Below are positions 25,792-38,542 of a stretch of DNA of 64,000 bases, piece by piece (position 1 is the first letter of the stretch; every line of letters starts with the position of its first letter). The notes under the pieces were generated by a model. It was not told where the DNA came from, did no database searches, and saw only the letters and a program-made list of their open reading frames with translations. The translations under genes were made by a program, and so were the position numbers. The stretch is from Octopus sinensis (Eukaryota): positions 60,140,001-60,204,000 of the forward strand of contig NC_042997.1 of NCBI RefSeq assembly GCF_006345805.1, given 5' to 3'.

Positions 25792-27864
25792 TAGTTTTAT
25801 TTTTATAGCGTGCTTTCACTTCACTACCGAGCACAGCTCTGTGTGCCTTGGGTATGTGCTGTGATTTGTTGTGATGCTCTGATGGTTATTGTATGGAAAG
25901 TGTTCTGCGTAGGATGTGTGCAGTGCCTAGTAGTGCAATTTTCTGTATGTTATATGTGTTTGTAAGTCCTGGTGTTTTTGTTATGTATTTGTCTGAATAT
26001 TTTTTTATCATGTCTAATGCACCTACTATGATAGGAATTGTTTCTGTTTTCAGATTCCACATTCTAGTTACCTCTATTTCCAGGTCTTTGTATTTTGAGA
26101 GTTTCTCCATTTCTTTTAGAGTAACGTTGTCATCAGCCGGTATTGATACATCAATTAGAAAGCATTTTTTTTCTTCGTGATCTCTGACAACTATATCTGG
26201 TCTGTTGGCCTTAATTTCTCTATCTGTGTGTATCGGCATATCCCAGAGTATGGTTGCTTTCTCGTTTTCTGTGACCATTTCTGGTGTGTGCCTATACCAT
26301 CTTTTTTCCGTTGTTATTCCATAATGTTGGCATAGCTTCCAATGTATGTAGGTTCCAACTCTGTCATGTCTGTGAATATATTCCTTCTTAGCCAAGACTG
26401 GGCAGCTAGAGATAATATGATTTATTGTTTCTTGTCCATCTCCACATATTCTGCAGTTACTTGTAATATTCTTTTCATTACATGTTTTTGGTAATTTCTG
26501 GTGGGGAGGCTTTGGTCTTGTGCTGCAATTAAAAATCCCTCTGTTTCTGCTTTGAGTCCTGAGCTTCAACCATTGCTGGGATTTTTCTTTGTCTATTTCT
26601 TTTGCGTTAGTTTAGTCCAGTATTTACCATGAAGGGGCTTTTCTTGCCATCGTTTTATCATGGTTCGTTGCTGTTCTATTTTTAGTTTGGATTTCATTTG
26701 TTTTATAGCTTTTGTTGTTTCTTCATCTTCTTCTTCTTCTTCATGTTTATTAGGTGGTATGATTTCTTGTTTGTATTTGTCAGCCTTAAATACTGAGAAC
26801 AGTTTTTGTTTTGCTCGTGTTTTGCCGCTATCTGGATCAGTTTTCCTTCCTTCTGAAGTAGATATTTTTTGCAGTCCTATGATGGTTATTTTATAGTAGT
26901 TTCCAGCTGTATAAGGCCTCTACCACCTTCTATACGTTGTATATATAGTCTTTCTATGTCAGATTTTGGGTGATGCATCCTAGATCCTGTCATTATTTTT
27001 CTTGTTTTCCTATCTATTTTGGTCAGTTCATTTCGTGTCCAGTTAAGGATATTGTAGCTGTAACTATAACTGGGACAGCTAAAGTGTTGATACCTATTAT
27101 CTTGTTTTAGCATTGAGCTCTGTGTTTAGTATTGATCTAACTCGTCTATAATATTCTTTTTTATTTTCTCTTTCATTTTTGTGTGTTGTGTCTTATCTAG
27201 TTCATGGATTCCTAAGTATTTGTAAGTTTGGCTTTGGTCTAATTCTTTTATTTCATTGGTTTTATCTAGTGTGATGTTGTTACTCTTAACTAGTTTTCCT
27301 CTTTTCAGGGTTACTTGGTGCATTTTTCTAATCCAAATTTCATATCTATTTCTTTGGTAAATCCATGAACTGTCTTTGATAGTGTTTCCAGCTGTTTGTC
27401 ATTTGCAGCGTATAGTTTTAGGTCATCCATATATAAAAGGTGGCTGATCGTTTTGCCGTAACATTTATATCCGCATCCAGTTCTATTTAGCATATCAGAT
27501 AGAGGTGACAGTGCCAAGCAGAGAAAAGGAGTGGAGAGAGCGTGTCTCCCTGGAATATTCCTCTTCTAATGGGGATGTTTTTGGTTTTCATGAGTCCCTC
27601 TTTTGTTTGGAGGTGTAGGACTGTTTGCCATTTATTCATAGAGTGCTCTATGAATTTTATGATTGTTGGTGCTACTTTGTTAATGGCTAGTGTTTCGAGG
27701 ATCCATGTGTGGGGGATGCTCAAACGCCTTTTGTAGTCAATCCAGGCCATACTGAGGCCTTTCTTCTTTCTGTGGGTGTCTTCAGTTATGGCTTTATTAA
27801 TCATTAGTTGATCTTTACAGCCATATGAGCCTTTGCGGCATCCTTTCTGCTCTTCTGGGAACAG

Positions 27865-27866
<2 letters not shown>
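25789..27866 (-). mobile_element. R4/Dong-clade non-LTR retrotransposon, 5'-truncated, in (AAT)n
   Basis: RT motifs FPEEQKGC, AWIDYK, GIFQGDTLSPLLF, LLYMDDLKLY; CRIC...HIISSC zinc motif, HRHD, and RPDIVV...LIDVSIP...KYKDL restriction-like endonuclease; flanked by (ATT)n. Confidence 0.95.
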
Positions 27867-27938
<72 letters not shown>

Positions 27939-28494
27939 GAGTGAGAGAGCAGTTCATGCCATCAAAGTGACACTGGGGTAAAATATACGAAGCCCAATAT
28001 ACCCATCATGACTACCCGTCTGATAAAGGTACACCAGGCACATGCATCACAACCATATGTGCGCGACATGGTGATCTCATATCAAGATAACAAACACATG
28101 ACCTTGCAGGTGGGGCCCAGTTAGAATTTTCTTCAGGTTGAGTAGCCCATCCTGCTCAAACGGTCCCTGAATAAGGATTGCTTTAGGATGTTGAACGAAA
28201 CACCTATGTTTCCAGAGGTGAACCATTCAAACTCCAAAGAATCCCTCTCAACACATGGCCATGATGCTCCCCACTACTTCTGCTCGTGATCAGAGATGCA
28301 CATATCGTCAGCCACTAAGGGACATGCTCAACTGGTTAAGGTCAAACAACTGACAAGCAAATCTGTGGTATTGAGCAGAATATTTGCTGTAGCCCATCTT
28401 TTATACCAATACAAAACAATGTACATGATAACACTTCCAGTCAGTTAAGATCAGAAGCCATGAGAGCCACTGCCTGGTACTGCATCAGGGCATT
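27939..28494 (-). mobile_element. About 555-bp non-coding interspersed element in (AAT)n
   Basis: Highly similar end to end with 54304-54860; both flanked by (ATT)n; strand is inferred. Confidence 0.85.
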
Positions 28495-28522
28495 TATTAT
28501 TATTTTATTATTATTATTATTA

Positions 28523-28559
<37 letters not shown>

Positions 28560-28563
<4 letters not shown>

Positions 28564-28634
28564 TCATTGCCTGGAATTGAACTCAGAATCTTGGGGTCAG
28601 TAGCCCGCGCTCTTAACCACTACGCCATATGCCC
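28560..28634 (-). mobile_element. tRNA-derived head of the hammerhead-bearing SINE
   Basis: A-box TGGCGTAGTGG, B-box GAGTTCAATTCC; right target duplication copy at 28651-28662. Confidence 0.8.
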
Positions 28635-29660
28635 ATATTGTAAATAATGTATTCTGTCTTTTTCCCTTCATCGTTCTCATCCTCTCTTGTAACTCTTTCT
28701 CTTCTCCCTCTTCTCCCTCTTCTTCTTCTTCTTCTTCTTCTTCTTCTTCTTCTTCTTCTTCTTCTTCTTCTTCTTCTCTGTCTCTCTCTGTCTCTCTGTC
28801 TCTCTCTCTCTCTCATCAGACAATTATAATAGTCAGATGTTTTCTTATAAGAAGGTTCCTATCTCAAGTGGTAGTCACCACCGAAGCAGTAAACGCTTTC
28901 TAAATAGGACTTTCATACTTACCTTGGTGGGATTCACCACCCTCAAGTTTATGACAGAATCATGTAGTCAATATAGAATTGTATATCTAAGTGTCGAGAT
29001 GTACGCTCACATATTTGTTTTGGTTAATCTTTATTCCTGTTAACATATGGCAAACTTCCATTTTGGCAGTGGAGCCGGCGGCTTCAGTAAAAACTAATCA
29101 GTATGTCTAATTTCTGAAGTAAATAAAGTTGAAAGCCAACAACAACTAGACGCAGAAACTCCTGTCAAATTAAAAGCATGAAAATGACTCTGACCGTTTC
29201 TGACCAATGATCATACAATGAGACTGCCCATGTGGATATTGTTAAGACAACTTGTGGATCTAATGCTCGATAAGAGAACTGAATTTTGAATCTTTTACAA
29301 GAATAACAAATGTACTTCTGGTTGACTTTATCAACTATTATTGACTCAACTAGTTTGATTATTTTTGTGATGTATTGCATTATGTAGATAATGTCTAAAT
29401 ACTGGAAGGGGATTTTAAAAATCATAAAACTTATACAATTTTAAGTGTGTGCAACGACAAAATAAATTTTATTTAAAACTCCTACTTTGTTAAATAATGT
29501 AAGGCGGCTATTCTATTTGTGATGAATGATTCTTAGTCTAATGCACGAAGAACGTAACGTCAAGTTTAATGTTAACTGTATTACTGTTGCTGAAATCAGT
29601 ATTAGTAACTCAAAGTTATTCTTAGATTTTTATGCTTATCTCGCGTAATAAATAATAACG

Positions 29661-29745
<85 letters not shown>

Positions 29746-29764
29746 TAACTATAATTTTGTTATA

Positions 29765-30150
29765 TCACTTGTTACAGTCACTGGATTGCGACCATGCTGG
29801 AGTACCGCATTGGAAGTCAAATCAAATCCAGTACATATATTCAGTCTGGTACAAATTCTATTTCATTCTATTTGCGGAACCTTTAAGTAACTGGTTCATA
29901 AACAAACGAAAGCCTGTATTCAAGCGGTGGTGAGTACAAATTCAAAGATGCGCGCGTACACACACATGGACATATGTATATATGTTTATATGTGCATGAC
30001 AGACGTCATACATTTTTCGTCGACCAAATTTGGTCGCAAGCCGTTGGTGGGCACAAGGCTATAAAAGAAGGCACTTGACTAAAGTGCGTCACAGCTGGGC
30101 TGAACTTGAAACCATCTGCTGGCGAAACTAATTTCTTAAATGCACAGCTA
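29765..30150 (-). mobile_element. Degenerate SINE family B
   Basis: Diverged but collinear with 9863-10315. Confidence 0.65.
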
Positions 30151-32577
30151 TTCCTTTTAAATCATATAACCATTCTTTTGCATCTTTGATTTCCTTAAAT
30201 ATTTGTGAAATATGTTAATATCTTTATATAATTTTCTACTCAATATACTGAACGAAATATTACAGCAATGTGAAACTTATACGATAATTCCTTGAAAATT
30301 TTATTATTTACGCATTTCATCTTACAACTATGTAGCACACATGCTATTAACATTAACGATAATAATCGGAGACAGTACACAGGTGTAATAGTTATAAATG
30401 ACTATGTTTATAAAAAAGTATTTTTATCTCCAGGTGTATTTCAACAAACAATAGCATTTTAGCAAACCTATGTTAACTGATCCATGCATACATGCATTTA
30501 TACAAACATTAGCATATATTTCTTATACAAATCTTTCCACTTATAAAGCTTCGCATGTATTTACAAAGTGGTCTGTAAATATAACATTCAGTGTACCTTG
30601 TCAATCTTTTGGTTGCTCGACGCAGATTTTCTTTGCTTTTCTTTGAATGAAAAGTAAGGTGGAAGGGAGATGATTGGCTAAACAATCCAGTAATGTATAA
30701 ACATTTTTATCAATAATTCTAGACACAAAAGTAAACTCTCTTAGGGAATAAAGCAGTATACACTAAGCAAGCAGGAGGTAAGTGTATTTTATCAAAATGA
30801 CTGTGTTTTATTTTATCAAATACTCTTAAGTAAAGAAATAAAATCAAAAGCTAGCGGATATTCATGAAAAAGATTGCTTGTCTATATAAACAAAAGTCAT
30901 GTTGAAATTTCAAACACAACCTCACTATTTCCGGTAAGTAACCAAGTTGGATTAAAATGTTTGCGCAAACATTTAGAACTTCGCGAAATTTATTCTAAAC
31001 AACACAATTCGGTTAATTTAAAATAGGTATCAGTTTAATTTTAGGGGGTTCTAGTGTGAAGGCATTAACTTCAAGTTTGCTTTCCATTAGAATTTAATAA
31101 CTTTATTGAAATGTTAAGCATCAAATGTAATATCTCTATCGAATACTCTCACCCATGTTTAGATAACGATGATAAATACAGCTCAAACCTCCAATTTTGA
31201 ACATGTTCTGCTTAATATCAGAGCTTGTTTTAATTACGTCTTGAGAAGAAAATAGCTTAACGTTAGCAATAATGACAACTGCAACAAAATGTCATCTGCT
31301 TTCCGCAAATAAATTTAAATCTATTAGACATGTCAATTTCACTCCTTATCTCTCAAGTACTTTTTTCACATTATAAAAGACAGGTTTATTACCTTATTAT
31401 TTAAAGAAAACCATGCCATATGTGTATAATACTAAATAATGTGATCATTTTTTTCTTATCCTTTGTTTTCTAAAGGAAATAGTTTTTCTGCTTTTGACAA
31501 TTGTCATCTGTCATTATTCAAGTAGCAATGCTACTTAATAAAAACAATTTTTAAAAATCCATCAAAATTTTATAGAAATGTTAGTTACCATTAACTCTAT
31601 TAAACTATTGTAATGATTCTCAGAATAAATTATAGGGAAGCCATGAGTAAGTTATACTACTTTGTTACTTGTTATGCTGCTAATTCCTTTTTCTACCTTT
31701 TTCTCTCCCCTTTTCCTCCCTCACCAAATTACAGTAAACTTTCTTCCGCAAATCTTTAATCAAGTTTCTTCCTTAAAATATTAATGGGTCAATCTGAACA
31801 GAAGTTATTCTGAAAATAATGTCAAACATATTAGCTTCAAATACTTCAAATTATCTCTTCGAATCTACTGAGAAATCAAAACCGCTAGCCGTATTGAAAT
31901 CAATAATACAAGGGTACTTTGGGCAACAATTCAAATATAACTCTTCATTCACATTTAACCTTCCACATCCCAGCCTTACATATTATGTAAAACCTTCAAT
32001 CTCTTCACGAATTTCCATCACAGTGGACATGACGTCCTAGTTTCGAAGATACGTACAGTCGTTGCACATATAAAGAAAATAGTTGTATATTATTACAACC
32101 TCAGTTATTCTTAAACAACCCAATTTAAACCATCAAATTCGCCACAAACAGCAGATGTAACTCTCACTGATGATCCCTAATGGCAATTTCACGTGTACTA
32201 ATTTGCCTAAATGACAACTAAAAGAAACAAAAAAATATTTCAAGAAGGTTCTACGCTCGAGTATTACTAACATGTTTGGTTACGGTGCTACTTCTACGCT
32301 AGCGTTTTAGATTGTTTCTAAATGAAGCTTATCCATCTTACGTGATAACGAGAAGCGAAGAGAATATATACTTGAAGGAAAATTTTATGCCCCTTAGTGA
32401 AAGCTCACGACAGTTTAAAGCTATAAAATCTTGTCCCATAACTTTAACAAGAGATTGTAATGAGCAAGTTTAAGTAGTTTCTAAAAAGCAAATATATTGC
32501 TTTTCATTCATCTATTCGCGAAACCAACGTGATTCGGTTAGTCAATATTTAGAAAGCTTAATATTTTCTAGTTATTA

Positions 32578-32975
32578 CATTGGGAAACACAAATTTGGTG
32601 CCTGAGTTATTTGACATCTTTTAAAGTAAATTTTAGTTGGTGATTTTAAATATGCCATCAAATTTCCTCCATCTGCTCTGATTATTGTTATACAAATCGG
32701 TATTGTTGCCTTTTCGATAAACAATGGCTTAATACAAGGAAAATATGGTTATTTATGATTAAATTATATCCATAGAATTGGATGATAGTGAAACAACAGT
32801 AGAAGGTTACCATTGATATAATATTCATGTACTCAGTTATCTTACGAAAGTGGCGTTCCAGAGACTTCCTTTGATGGCGAAGTGTCGCAGGAGAATCACG
32901 TTGAATGGTCAAGCAGTAATTCATCATTATATGAGTATCCCAGTGTCCTCGGAACCTTCCTTCCATAGTTTCCAC
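32578..32975 (-). mobile_element. 3' end of a DNA transposon, probably Chapaev3 (CMC)
   Basis: MEGRFRGHWDTHIMMNYCLTIQRD resembles the MExRYQGRWDxxMMADYCWxLxRD transposase C-terminus; family assignment from memory. Confidence 0.55.
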
Positions 32976-32979
32976 CCCT

Positions 32980-33180
32980 ATCACTTGACAACCGATGTTC
33001 TTTGTTATTACGTGCCCATAGGCTAGCGCTTCGGCAAAAGTGACCGATATAACAAGTACTAAGCTTACAAAGAATAAGTTCCGGGGTCGATTTGTTCGAC
33101 TAAAACCCCTTAAGGTGGTGCTCCAACATGGCCGCAGTCAAATGACTGAAACAAGTAAAAGAATAAAAGAAAAGAATAGA
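32980..33180 (+). mobile_element. SINE family B, 3' part
   Basis: catggccgcagtcaaatgactgaaacaagtaaaaga tail. Confidence 0.8.
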
Positions 33181-33210
33181 TTATATATATATGTGTATAT
33201 ATATACATTA

Positions 33211-34275
33211 TATCATTATATTCAAGGATAAAATCTATATAGGATGTTATCGAGTAGCTAGCATGTAATAAACCATTGAGGTACAAAAATTAATACAAAG
33301 TATTTAATTTTATAAATATAATTATAATAAGGGCAACTTACTGAGTAGCGCCACAAAACTAGAAATCACGCTATGGCTAAACCTTGTAAAATAATCTTTT
33401 TTGTTAATTTCCCTCGCTTTCAGCCCGTGTCTGTGTGATAAATAAGGTAATTTTAGAGCCATTTTAGGTTTACTTCTAGCATGTGGCGCTACTCAGTAGT
33501 TGCCCTTATTACCTCCGCCTTAGGGAAAGCGGAGGTATTGTTTTCAGTCACGTTTGTTTGCTTGTTTGTCCGTGGACAAGATATCTCAGGAACCTATTGA
33601 TGAATTCGGATGAAACTTTCATGGTTGCTTGGCCTCGTGACTGGTACGAACTGATTAGATTTTGGGATCGATCCGGTATCGGATAAGGATTCTGGATTAT
33701 TTTCCGGTTTTTCACTTAATTTGTAAGAGCGGTCGGGTTCATTTTTAGCATTCTCGTTTGTGAGAGCAGTCGAGGTTATTTCAGATATTCTCATTTTAAA
33801 AATCATTCCTGGTTAACCGTTGAGAGGACGTTGGTGCTGCCTTGACGAAGGTTTGCGCTCAATGCGTGCTCTTGTTATAATTATATTTATAAAATTAAAT
33901 ACTTCGTATTAATTTTTTACCAAAATGGTTTATTATATGCTAGCTGCTTGATAAAATCCTATATAGATTTTATCCTTTATTATAATGATCAATATGAATT
34001 CATTTAAACCGAATTTATTCGCTGCTGAATCATTTTGGTTATTCATACGTGGCTGAGATGAGCGAACTAAATTTAATTTGTAAATAAATGTGAACATTTA
34101 TATATGTACTATGGATATGTTGTGTTCGTATGGTATGTATAAATGCTTATAAGTATGTACTTTTTTGTTCGTTTCCCTCGCTTTCGGCCTGTATCTATGT
34201 GATAAATAAGGTAGTTTTAGAGCCATTTGGTGTCTACTTCTAGCATGTGGCGCTACTCAGTAGTTACCCTTATTC
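33211..34275. mobile_element. Element with inverted plus partial tandem termini (Penelope pseudo-LTR-like), interrupted by a Helentron-type insert
   Basis: 33211-33385 is inverted relative to 33444-33509 joined to 33875-33990; 33397-33510 recurs directly at 34161-34274; (TA)n on both flanks. Confidence 0.6.
33508..33876 (+). mobile_element. Non-autonomous Helentron (HINE/DINE-1-like)
   Basis: 5' ttACCTCCGC...GCGGAGGT palindrome, (GTTT)-type microrepeat, 3' subterminal inverted copy cttgacgaaggt followed by gcgctcaatgcgtgc hairpin; TT at both ends. Confidence 0.75.
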
Positions 34276-35470
34276 TATATATATATATATGCGCGCGCGC
34301 GCGTGTGTGTGTGTGTAGAAAGAAGGTACGCTTGCGTTTTGTGATGTTGGTTTTATTTTGAATACTTCTAATTTTATTGAGTTGCAATATTTACGTTCTC
34401 ATAGTATTCGTGAACGGTTTTTATATACTGGATGTGATTCCTTATTTTCTCTCAGTCCCCCTTCCTCTCTCTCTCTCTCTCTTTCTCTCCCTGTCACTCT
34501 TCTCCCTCTCTCCCCCTCTCTCCCCTCTCTCTGTATTGTGGTGCAAAAACATTTTCCTAAATTATTGTGACATGGAAGTCAAGTCTAATGATAAAATATG
34601 TCGTTTCCTAAAGATATTTTGGGACCGTTAATTTCGTATGGCAATACTTTTTTATATTTCTGTAGGATGTTTACTTTTACTTTTGTGTGTGAAATGCAAG
34701 AATTTGTCAATACATTATGAGTGGAATTGTGGTGTTGAGAACGGCCAGAATAATAATATGTCACTTCCGATTCATATCGCCGTTGTTATTGTTGTGACTT
34801 GTGAAATATGATGTACGTCATGTTTTAATAAATAACATATGTTATCGCATTTGTGTGAAATATTACTTAACACCAAGGTTTGCACAAAGCTAAAAATTTG
34901 TTTATTGCTAAATTATTGCTTTCGTCATCGTGAAGTGTTGGGCAGCGAGTTTCTTTGACCGTTTCTACTTGTTGAGGTTTCTTTGTCTGATCATCATTTC
35001 AGCAGTTTTGTAGCATTTTATAATGAAACATTCAGCATGCAATAATTAATCAGAGAACAGCATCAGCAATTGACCGGCACACATTTACGACTGTGTAGAC
35101 TGAAGTATCACAAAATAAAGTGCTTTGGTCAAGGATACAGTCCACTTCCCTTTCCCGGAATTGAATCGACAAACTTATGATCTTGAGCGGAACACTCTAT
35201 CCACTAGATTACTCGCCGCACCATCTCTCCCAGAAATATCTCAAAAGTTTTCATGAAGAGAGCATACCTCGGACAAAACTAAATGAATTTGAGAAATGAT
35301 GCCAAGTGAAATGGGTACATGAATTATAATGTAAAAAATGCTGAATCCGATTAAATTATTGGTGGGCTGCGTTGGCAAAAGTTACACAATGAAATACATG
35401 GGCTTCGATAAGTTTGTTTAGAATGGACTGCAGAAACAAGTGGCATTTCTGGACTGACCCATCATCTTAT

Positions 35471-35929
35471 GGAAAATAAAATTTTCAACTTGAAAAGTAT
35501 ATTTTTCTGCAGATGAGTGGGAGCAGTGAGTGTACTGGGCCACTGACATCCGTTTGGTCGAAACGAAGAAAGTTTTCTGCACAAACATCCTAGATCCGAT
35601 TGTGGGCTATGTCCTGTCTGCCAGGAAAATAAAATTTTCAACTTGAAAAGTATATTTTTCTGCAGATGAGTGGGAGCAGTGAGTGTACTGGGCCACTGAC
35701 ATCCGTTTTGTCGAAACGAAGAAAGTTTTCTGCACAAACATCCTAGATCCGATTGTGGACTATGTCCTGTCTGCCAGGAAAATAAAATTTTCAACTTGAA
35801 AAGTATATTTTTCTGCAGATGAGTGGGAGCAGTGAGTGTACTGGGCCACTGACATCCGTTTGGTCGAAACGAAGAAAGTTTTCTGCACAAACATCTTAGA
35901 TCCGATTGTGGGCTATGTCCTGTCTGCCA
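35471..35929. repeat. Three tandem copies of a 153-bp unit
   Basis: Units start at 35471, 35624 and 35777 and differ by only a few bases. Confidence 0.97.
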
Positions 35930-36923
35930 GCGTCAGTAATCTCTCCACAACGAATTATAAAGGATACAAGCATTGCTCATCATTTCAGCACGCAGTGCGC
36001 AAAGGTCACCCCACCACCACAGCCGCCACCTACACTATTAAAATAAAATGTTGAAAATAAAAGATCTTGTAAAGGGCAAGTTCTCTTTTCACAATAAACA
36101 CCAACTCACACAGATCCTACCGAGATATGTTCAACTACACCAAAATCTTAATTTCTTTTGTTATGCTTCAGAATACTACTACATGACCACCCTACAACTA
36201 CAATTTTTACCACCCATTCTGGACAAATTCAAATATCATATGCACACAAGCATCATTAGTCTCAAAGGTTGTACTGGAATACACATCCATAGATAAATGT
36301 ATTAAAACAGTAACTTTAACATTTCATCATATCACACCCTACTGTCTTGGAAAAGAGAAAATAGGGTGTATTGGATAATAATGCAGTGAGCGATAAATAA
36401 AAATTTAGATCGTTTGCTACTGGAATGCCTTTGATGATGCGTCTGCTTCAGCTGACCTGAATTGGGTTAAATAAAAACGAGAATATGGGAATATATTGGA
36501 CACAGTTGAAAAAAGCAGTATGCCTAATCGGTGATAGAGCACTGCATACCACAAAAGCACGAGTGTGCATGTGATCTTCACCTAGCCTCAGCATCGTACA
36601 TCTGACCCACTGAAGATGTGAGTTGTACCGGACCTCCTAAAATATAAGACCTAGACTACAAGAAATCAATATTATTAGCTAATTATGTGAAGAATTTTCA
36701 GCTAAAATAAATTAGAGAGAATTAAGAAAATATAAGCATATTCAACGAATTAGATAAGTGCATTTTCTCTATGTTTTCAAAGCGTAACATAGAAAGTCAT
36801 TAGATAAATACAAACGTGTTTCTATGAATATTCTTAGTATTGTATTCTGGTATATATACATACATATATGCATATACGTGCAAATATATATACATACATA
36901 TATATACATATATATATATATAG

Positions 36924-36960
<37 letters not shown>

Positions 36961-37035
36961 ATATATATATACTTATATACATATATACATACATACATAC
37001 TTATACACAAACATACATATATATATATATATATA

Positions 37036-37065
37036 TATCCATCCATACAAACATACATACACTCA

Positions 37066-37103
<38 letters not shown>

Positions 37104-37133
37104 TGAGTGTATGTATGTTTGTATGGATGGATA
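37036..37133. repeat. Palindrome centred on (TA)n
   Basis: tatccatccatacaaacatacatacactcatattt-(AT)n-aaatatgagtgtatgtatgtttgtatggatggata. Confidence 0.9.
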
Positions 37134-38065
37134 CGCACACATACCATATGTATGCAATTAATTGTTCACTTGTTTTATTTTTTATTGAAACGTATGTTTG
37201 CTATTGAAGCCCGTTACCAAGTACAAATAAAACCAGTCTATTTTTGATTCAAAATATATTTATTTAAATGATGCTGTCTTTTAGTCTAATTTGATTTACC
37301 TACAGCACTATGAATTCATGAATTCTTAAGCAAAATGTTTCTGTTAATCATTTAAATTCTAACAATAATATTTCTTATTAGGTTATCCTTTGTGTAACTC
37401 ACAATAGATACAGTAACAATTTCGTAAGGAGGATTTTTTGCTATAATTTATGTATTTCTTTTACACAATTGAAAATGTTTTCACAAAATGTCTTATTTCC
37501 TCAACTTACTTGTTTCATTAATTTTTCCTATTCCGTATTTCTTCGCCTGCTGTTTATTTTGAATACTTGCCCAAAACATTCACGTATGGTTCTGAACCTT
37601 AAATGTAGTGGATTTAACTGAATCACGACAGACGAAGCTAAGTTTTTATAATTTTAAGCTTAGATATTAACTCTTAACTCACAAAGTTTAGTTATAATAA
37701 ATATATGCGTTTCTTATATATAATTATAGCTTTGTATTAACACTTATAGTCATTCTGTCTGGAAATTGCAACAACAATATAAGTGTATTTACTTCATTTC
37801 CAAGGTTTGTGATTATATTTTATCATCGGTTATATTGTAATTAGTGTTTAATTAACCGGTGATAATTTAACTGGCGAGAAAGATGAAAGTTAGGCGCCAT
37901 TCAGTTATTTATGAGATAATATCAACAATAAACGCCTAAATTTTGAAGAAGAATTTCGCAATTTTTTATAAAGAGAGCACACTTTGTACAAAAAATAAAT
38001 GCACAGAACTGTTTTACATCTAGAATTGCTTATTCTTACTAAAATATGTGCATAAATTAAAATGC

Positions 38066-38265
38066 AAAAAAAGCAGAATCCGCGGAAATTACTGGTGGTC
38101 TGCATTGACAAAATTACACATGGTTTTTGGCAAGATTTTTTTTAGCATGAGTTGTAGAAACAACTCATATTTCCACACTGACCCTTCATCTTAGGGAAAA
38201 TAAAATTTTCCACTTGAAAAGTATATTTTTCTGCAGACGAGTGAGTGCAGTGGATGCACCGGGTC
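38066..38265 (+). repeat. Unclassified dispersed repeat, second copy of about 35333-35540
   Basis: Shared gaatccg...ctgaccc.tcatctta.ggaaaataaaatttt..acttgaaaagtatatttttctgcaga. Confidence 0.75.
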
Positions 38266-38381
38266 GGATAATTATGTAGTTAAACTGCTTCGTGCACTTA
38301 TCTGGAGGACCTCATTACATGAGAAACATTGATGCGAATATACATATATATATATATATATATACATATACACATACACAT

Positions 38382-38412
<31 letters not shown>

Positions 38413-38495
38413 GTATATACACATTCATATACAACATATATGTACGTATTCATACATGTATGTATGTATGTATGTATGTATGTATGTATGTATGA

Positions 38496-38541
<46 letters not shown>

Positions 38542-38542
38542 T

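Noticed and set aside
28560-28634. Functional tRNA gene
   Set aside because: No clean acceptor stem or oligo-T terminator; continues into a SINE body
32167-32195. CTGATGA hammerhead core candidate
   Set aside because: No GAAA or stem I partner
35471-35929. CRISPR-like array or repeat protein gene
   Set aside because: Units are contiguous with no unique spacers, no cas genes, eukaryotic context; the ORF has no recognisable domain
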